Shown piece after piece: positions 28,301-32,000 of a stretch of 32,000 nt of DNA; position 1 is the first letter of the stretch, and every line of letters starts with the position of its first letter. A model generated the notes under the pieces. That model made no database searches, had not been told where the DNA came from, and was given only the letters and a program-made list of their open reading frames with translations. The translations under genes were made by a program, and so were the position numbers. Origin of the DNA: Candidatus Iainarchaeum sp. (GTDB taxonomy: Archaea; Iainarchaeota; Iainarchaeia; Iainarchaeales; 0-14-0-20-30-16); NCBI GenBank assembly GCA_028710695.1, contig JAQTTP010000001.1, forward strand, positions 1 to 32,000, in the 5' to 3' direction.

Positions 28301-29106
28301 TACAAGATAATGCCAAAGCTTTAGATCTAACCTTTTATGAAAATTCAAGAATATTTGACTCCGCAAAAGAAAGTTTATTTTTTGAGGATTATAATGCCTT
28401 ATTTAACACAATTACCCAAATGGATGCTTTATTAACGCAAAATGAATTAATTATTAATACAAAGGTATCTGAAATAGGAGAAAATATTTTAACTAGATTT
28501 TCAAAAATAACTGATATAAAGAACAATTTGGATCCAGTTTGGAACAAATATAACTTTTTATTAAACCAATTCAATTCTACAAATTTTGATCTTGTAAAAA
28601 AATACGAAAAAATTCCAGTCACTTTATCTGATTTAAAAGACAACAAATCGATTTTGGATTCTGTGTCAAAAGAGATAGTTGCATTAAACTCTGCAGAAGA
28701 AAATTTCAAAAAGGAATATTTCAAAAATAAATTCGACGCAATAAATGACTTTGACTCAAAGAAAATTGACAAAACTATTTTTAATTATCAGCTTGCAAGC
28801 AAAAACATTGATGACATTGAAGCAACTCTAAACACACTGGCGACAAAAAATATTGATCTTGCGGAAAAAAGTGATGGCGATAAAAGTTTACTTTATGATG
28901 CAAAAACAAATTTAGAAAATAGAGATTATTTTGGAGCAATAATAAATGCAAAAAGAGCAATGGCGGGGGCAGTAACCACAACATCTAAAACTGCAATATA
29001 TGGTTTAAGTATAGTTATTTTCGGCGCTGTTGCTTTTGCATTATATTCTTTAGTTTTCAAAAAAAGAAAAAAGAAAAAGATTACTTATTATACTGTTCCA
29101 AAATAA
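25324..29106 (+). CDS. Giant extracellular coiled-coil protein with lipobox-like N-terminus and C-terminal TM (1260 aa)
   Basis: MKYGWLIVVIVTLLLFLAGCINEKEK (LAGC lipobox-like); long helical regions; C-terminal TAIYGLSIVIFGAVAFALYSLVFKKRKKKK. Confidence 0.75.
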   Translation: MKYGWLIVVIVTLLLFLAGCINEKEKTELISLCNSKTNISYSDAPICLTATKCQEKYNSIFGSSLTSDTLKIVETAKSNYQKSVVDSWVGISNLLETTKKVNDGCEDPTSDSFVNDLQYLYSYSKISSKDLANLGYRQTVLLGTIKNILENNDINLMGDTEVYKTYTEVIDNWNTLMNNFVLVNKEFNLQQTKYNYWATFNSSYLYAPGKVSSQSVDSYKNIIKYGLLQDDLFGFTLDIIPENTLLSAFADAIYDNVIGSDSVSYENLSSVFEQYFNLGDFIKEYSSLFGYGGTLINSLNGNISELDSEIRTLELTLDTQKKDIEKNFDELKNLEENSDTESYLLSYFGMDTKKIDYSEKIANLKLQLQNLDKSLGKKYQVTNQIENELKTILDYKNKQAENNNLISFLCSSELNSIITENKNNATLSYYFNKFKSSKDITDCYYFLKNSENTAETDCDFELKKLIDELHLEYNSDPQFSCEELQKLKSNILLYLDKITFGEIKNNVINAAEKVNVINYKSPICAKPESYDLLEFKKQIKGVIEISESIIDSGLQGLIEKINYWNTKSAEVLENSLSCHLTNKARLSNNSLIFDVGFNYDGKINTKIKTNYNITSLSGQCLDSYICKNNYCDLIFSCLKKLTNLVIEFESYKQEKQEINYSDDLEIAQKFCFENDNSNPIFDEIYSADKISVYSDYGKEIKHYLSDKKIQLWNQVFEKGDCIFIKYYFYDAIKKALLLESTDKISENITRYKYKLELENTISVTQNNIAVNLDFYYDAATQNPTIFDSQGKEYKITKTNSGFVFYASLGALSKETYSILFYAKDEQKKFIFELTNIKTTISDLANSKSNTIKEEANSLLKQISSLETVNPKNNKLAFDELTALNKSTSDLITKNKKFLVWADEKDISIKKLKNQKNFLEQLKSNSVNLIKKELIKEFSSFEVTEDLAKLNEQINLLEQLPENSDIPKLENIRDKYTKNLESLVEDGYKKYLILQDNAKALDLTFYENSRIFDSAKESLFFEDYNALFNTITQMDALLTQNELIINTKVSEIGENILTRFSKITDIKNNLDPVWNKYNFLLNQFNSTNFDLVKKYEKIPVTLSDLKDNKSILDSVSKEIVALNSAEENFKKEYFKNKFDAINDFDSKKIDKTIFNYQLASKNIDDIEATLNTLATKNIDLAEKSDGDKSLLYDAKTNLENRDYFGAIINAKRAMAGAVTTTSKTAIYGLSIVIFGAVAFALYSLVFKKRKKKKITYYTVPK

Positions 29107-29115
29107 TTTAAGTAA

Positions 29116-30096
29116 TCAATTCAAGCCAATGATTTTACTTACCTTCTTCAATTGTTTTTTGTTCATTGAAAGCAAGGGGTAGTAAATATTTTCACAGTAA
29201 CCACTGAAACAATCTTTTCCCAGAAACCCATAAAGCTTTTTGAAAAACTTGTCATATTTTGTTTCTAAGTATTCTTTAAGCTTGTCACAAAATATTTTAT
29301 TTGGAGTATCAGTCACTACTGGATTTGTTTCTTCTGCGGGCAGAGTAGTTGTTTGAGTTGAACTAGGCTCTGTTGTTGTAGTCGTTGTTTCTGTTGTGGT
29401 TGTAGTTTGTGTTGGAGCTGGCTCTTGCTGAGCAGGTGGTTGAGTTGTAGTTGTTTCTGTAGGTGCCGGAGGCGGTGTTATTACCTCTGGAACGGAATTG
29501 GCTTTATAATAATTATAATATTTCATCACTGTTTGGACATAGCCATTATTGTTGGGATCAACATATAGGCCATCAATCTGATCTACATCTTGCCAACCAT
29601 ATCTATAAGCAGACGCAACCTTATTCAGATCTCCAGAATAGTGGTCTGACAAGGCCTTAAGAAACCAACAACCTCTATTAAAGCTTTGGGCGGGGTCAAA
29701 AGCATTATCCATATATGGCGCCTTTGCAGGATCTGCTTCTGCAGGCATATCATACTTCCAGTTCTTTGGGCTTGGATATGGCACACCAGCCACACCTGGG
29801 CCTGTTAGCTGTAAGATTCCTTTACCATAATAGCTACCACACCATTGTGGTGTTCCGGAGTCATAGGCTAGCTTTTCTTCTTCGTTCACACAAAGTGGAT
29901 TAAAATCTGATTCTTTATGTGCAATTGCTGAAACAAAATAAGGATCTAAGCCCCAGCCATCTTTACAAATTTGGTTTATTTGCACCCAATATGTGCAAAT
30001 TGGCTCGCTTCCATAAGCTTTAGGGCATTGGTCATAAGAAAATGACAAAGAAATCAATGCTACAAGAAAAAATCCAAAAATAAATTTATAGCTCAT
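29116..30096 (-). CDS. Secreted lytic-transglycosylase-like (SLT/lysozyme-fold) protein with Thr/Pro-rich linker (326 aa)
   Basis: Signal peptide; WGLDPYFVSAIAHKESDFNPLC ... YGKGILQLTGPG ... AFDPAQSFNRGCWFLKALSDHY ... VASAYRYG match the E...GILQLT...(N)...AYNxG layout. Confidence 0.7.
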   Translation of the reverse strand: MSYKFIFGFFLVALISLSFSYDQCPKAYGSEPICTYWVQINQICKDGWGLDPYFVSAIAHKESDFNPLCVNEEEKLAYDSGTPQWCGSYYGKGILQLTGPGVAGVPYPSPKNWKYDMPAEADPAKAPYMDNAFDPAQSFNRGCWFLKALSDHYSGDLNKVASAYRYGWQDVDQIDGLYVDPNNNGYVQTVMKYYNYYKANSVPEVITPPPAPTETTTTQPPAQQEPAPTQTTTTTETTTTTTEPSSTQTTTLPAEETNPVVTDTPNKIFCDKLKEYLETKYDKFFKKLYGFLGKDCFSGYCENIYYPLLSMNKKQLKKVSKIIGLN

Positions 30097-30142
30097 CTAA
30101 AAAATACACAAAATTAGTATTTATAACTTTCTCTTTAGACAA

Positions 30143-30218
30143 CCGGGGCTTTATGCCCCCTCTTTTCTTTTTTGGTGAACTTATGCTTTTTTCTTTTGAA
30201 AAAGAAAAAAGGATAGAG
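30143..30218 (-). ncRNA. Conserved two-hairpin 3' trailer element of tRNA-Gly
   Basis: 12-bp hairpin (30186-30197/30200-30211), linker TTCACCAAAAAAGAAAAG, then GGGGC/GCCCC hairpin with a 5-nt loop (30145-30159). Confidence 0.5.
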
Positions 30219-30289
30219 TGCGAATGCCGGGATTTGAACCCGGGTCACGGCCTTGGCAAGGCCGCAGTCTACCACTGACCTACAATCGC
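30219..30289 (-). tRNA. tRNA-Gly(GCC)
   Basis: Manual cloverleaf: anticodon arm CGGCC-TTGCCAA-GGCCG, T arm CCGGG-TTCAAAT-CCCGG; acceptor GCGATTG/CATTCGC with one T:T mismatch. Confidence 0.9.
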
Positions 30290-30359
30290 TCCGGGATTTT
30301 TAAAAAATCCTAGGTTGGCAAAATGACCATATCCCACAGAGGGATATTCCGTACCTGTC
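30290..30359 (-). ncRNA. Conserved structured 5' leader element of tRNA-Gly (copy 2)
   Basis: Same core as 18963..19007, with ATATCCC-TCTGT-GGGATAT hairpin. Confidence 0.55.
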
Positions 30360-30388
30360 AAATTGTATTATATCTTCTACTTAGGGGT

Positions 30389-31714
30389 TTATTTAAAAAA
30401 ATATCTTTTAGCAAGGGCTAATAAAATGATCACACCACCAAGGACTGCAGCAAAGATAACTATGTTTGTGTAATCCTCGTCTTCTTCTTGGGCCTGCTTG
30501 TCATTGCCATCTTGTGTTTGATTATTGTCTATAGACTCAGGCTGAGACGTGGTTAATGGCTTAGTTTGTGCTATTTTCTCACTAACAACTTCAAAGTTAC
30601 CATCTATTTTTTCACCAGGGAGATACAAAATATACGGCACATATGCAATTCCATTTATGTCTGGTGCTTTAAGGTCTAAGCAATAATTTCCATATAAGTT
30701 TCCAGTAAACTCTTTTGGCTCAAGAGACGAAAAAAATGCAATTGGCAAAACTAAAAAGTTTGAATCAATACAAAAGTTAAATTTTTCACCAGATTTTAAT
30801 TTTTGAGGATAGTTAAAATCATAATTTTGGATTATTCCTTTTGTTGAAATAATATTAATGTTTAAGTCAAGAGCATTCGGCTTACTTAAAATAAATCCAT
30901 CTAATGACACATTTGCAAGAATAGAATCATGCATTTCGTCATAGTCAGAAAATGTTGCGCTTTTTATGTGGGTTGCGTCTAAATAATAAACTTGGTTATA
31001 AGTTGGATCTGCTCCTATCCAACCATAGTTTACATCATAAACATCAAGCCAGGCATGTGATCCCCAACTTTTTCCATCAAAAACATAGCCAACTACAAGC
31101 CTTGTTTCATAACCTTTTGATTTTAGAATTGCAGATTCCAAAATTGAAAAGTCAACACAGACTCCTTTCTTTTTTGTAAGTGTATCTGCAGATGTGTCAA
31201 CATTATAATATAAATCACTTAGCTTGGAGTAATCGTATTCTAAGTTTTTGTTGATCCAGGAAGTAACATTAATTAAAAATTTTATTAAGTCTTTGTCATA
31301 AAGATCGTTTGCTAATTTTTGTATTTCGGGGGATATAACTAAATAATTGCTGTCAGAATATTGCAAATATTTCAGGTCAGTTGGTTGGGGGCTTTTTATT
31401 ACATACTCCAATGGAAATTTTACATCTTGGCTTATATGCTCTAGTTTATAGGTTATCCAGCCATTGCCATACTTATCTACTTCTGACTTTGGGGTTATTG
31501 TTTTTGAATCTGCCAAGATACTTTCTTTTACAGTTTCAAATGACATCGGACGCAAAAGCTTTAGTTCCAACCACTCTTTACTATCAAGATCCTGACCCAA
31601 GGAAAGAGAATAATCAAAGCTATACTTTACAGTTACCTCGCCATAATTGTACGGATAATAAGCGCTAACAAGGGGGATTAAAAGCAAAAAAAGCAGAAAG
31701 TAAGATTTATTCAT
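30389..31714 (-). CDS. Secreted, C-terminally membrane-anchored transglutaminase-like protein (441 aa)
   Basis: Signal peptide; TGc motifs KKGVCVDFSILESAILKSKGYETRLVVGY, GSHAWLDVY, IGADPTYNQ; C-terminal TM NIVIFAAVLGGVIILLALAKRYFFK. Confidence 0.85.
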   Translation of the reverse strand: MNKSYFLLFLLLIPLVSAYYPYNYGEVTVKYSFDYSLSLGQDLDSKEWLELKLLRPMSFETVKESILADSKTITPKSEVDKYGNGWITYKLEHISQDVKFPLEYVIKSPQPTDLKYLQYSDSNYLVISPEIQKLANDLYDKDLIKFLINVTSWINKNLEYDYSKLSDLYYNVDTSADTLTKKKGVCVDFSILESAILKSKGYETRLVVGYVFDGKSWGSHAWLDVYDVNYGWIGADPTYNQVYYLDATHIKSATFSDYDEMHDSILANVSLDGFILSKPNALDLNINIISTKGIIQNYDFNYPQKLKSGEKFNFCIDSNFLVLPIAFFSSLEPKEFTGNLYGNYCLDLKAPDINGIAYVPYILYLPGEKIDGNFEVVSEKIAQTKPLTTSQPESIDNNQTQDGNDKQAQEEDEDYTNIVIFAAVLGGVIILLALAKRYFFK

Positions 31715-31766
31715 TAATAAAAGACAGAACCAAATAATATATTCTTTTCCTTGTTAATAGGTATAT

Positions 31767-32000
31767 ATGGTAGATATCAAAGAGATGTTCAGATCGGAGA
31801 TAAAGAAAAACAGCGTTTTCAAAAACAAGAACATTGTTTCTCCACACTACATCCCAGACATACTGCCATTTAGAGACGACCAGATAAAAGAGATTATATT
31901 GAATTTAGCTCCCGCGTTACAAGGAAAGAAGATAAACAACTTATTTTTATATGGAAAAACAGGGACTGGAAAAACTAGCACAATAAAAGTAGTTCTTGCA
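31767..32000 (+). CDS. Cdc6/Orc1 replication initiator, N-terminal fragment running off right edge
   Basis: Hand translation MVDIKEMFRSEIKKNSVFKNKNIVSPHYIPDILPFRDDQIKEIILNLAPALQGKKINNLFLYGKTGTGKTSTIKVVLA: Orc1/Cdc6-type Walker A context. Confidence 0.85.
   Translation, partial: MVDIKEMFRSEIKKNSVFKNKNIVSPHYIPDILPFRDDQIKEIILNLAPALQGKKINNLFLYGKTGTGKTSTIKVVLA

Noticed and set aside
30219-30289. tRNA-Gly as a pseudogene because of a T:T mismatch in the acceptor stem
   Set aside because: All other arms are intact and it carries the same flanking elements as tRNA-Asp; a single mismatch is not enough to call decay.
31788-31799. AGATCGGAG-like string resembling a sequencing adapter start
   Set aside because: It lies in frame inside the Cdc6 N-terminus, and the match ends after about 9 nt.

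Overview
The window looks like ordinary chromosome from an AT-rich archaeon with short intergenic gaps. A DPANN (Woesearchaeota/Pacearchaeota-like) origin is an inference from gene content, not proven. Conserved genes recognised: AK6/Fap7-like kinase, RNase P Rnp4, XPD/Rad3-type FeS helicase, GxGD prepilin peptidase, SRP54, FKBP, class II LysRS, aIF2-beta, aIF1A, ArgS, an NFACT-R protein, a KaiC-like ATPase, SepF, MutS, and the start of Cdc6/Orc1 at the right edge. There are three minus-strand tRNA genes: Asp-GTC, Lys-TTT and Gly-GCC. I saw no CRISPR, rRNA or transposase.

The best leads are: (1) conserved structured cassettes flanking the tRNAs. tRNA-Asp and tRNA-Gly share a near-identical leader of about 43-45 nt plus an outer hairpin with a variable tip. 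All three tRNAs are followed by a poly-Y/poly-R hairpin, a CAYCAAAA linker and a second small hairpin. (2) An unannotated GTG-start small ORF (127..285, minus) with a class III (type IV pilin) signal motif KG|QITME, overlapping an operon with a transglutaminase-like protein. A prepilin peptidase also lies in the window. (3) An 1184-aa coiled-coil protein with a Gly/Pro/Asn-rich linker and C-terminal membrane anchor, next to a smaller membrane protein. (4) A secreted lytic-transglycosylase-like protein and a membrane-anchored transglutaminase-like protein flanking tRNA-Gly. (5) A 1260-aa lipobox plus C-terminal-TM coiled-coil protein downstream of mutS. (6) A JAB/MPN-like protein of unusual composition. 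(7) An NFACT-R protein lacking the RqcH N-terminal domain.
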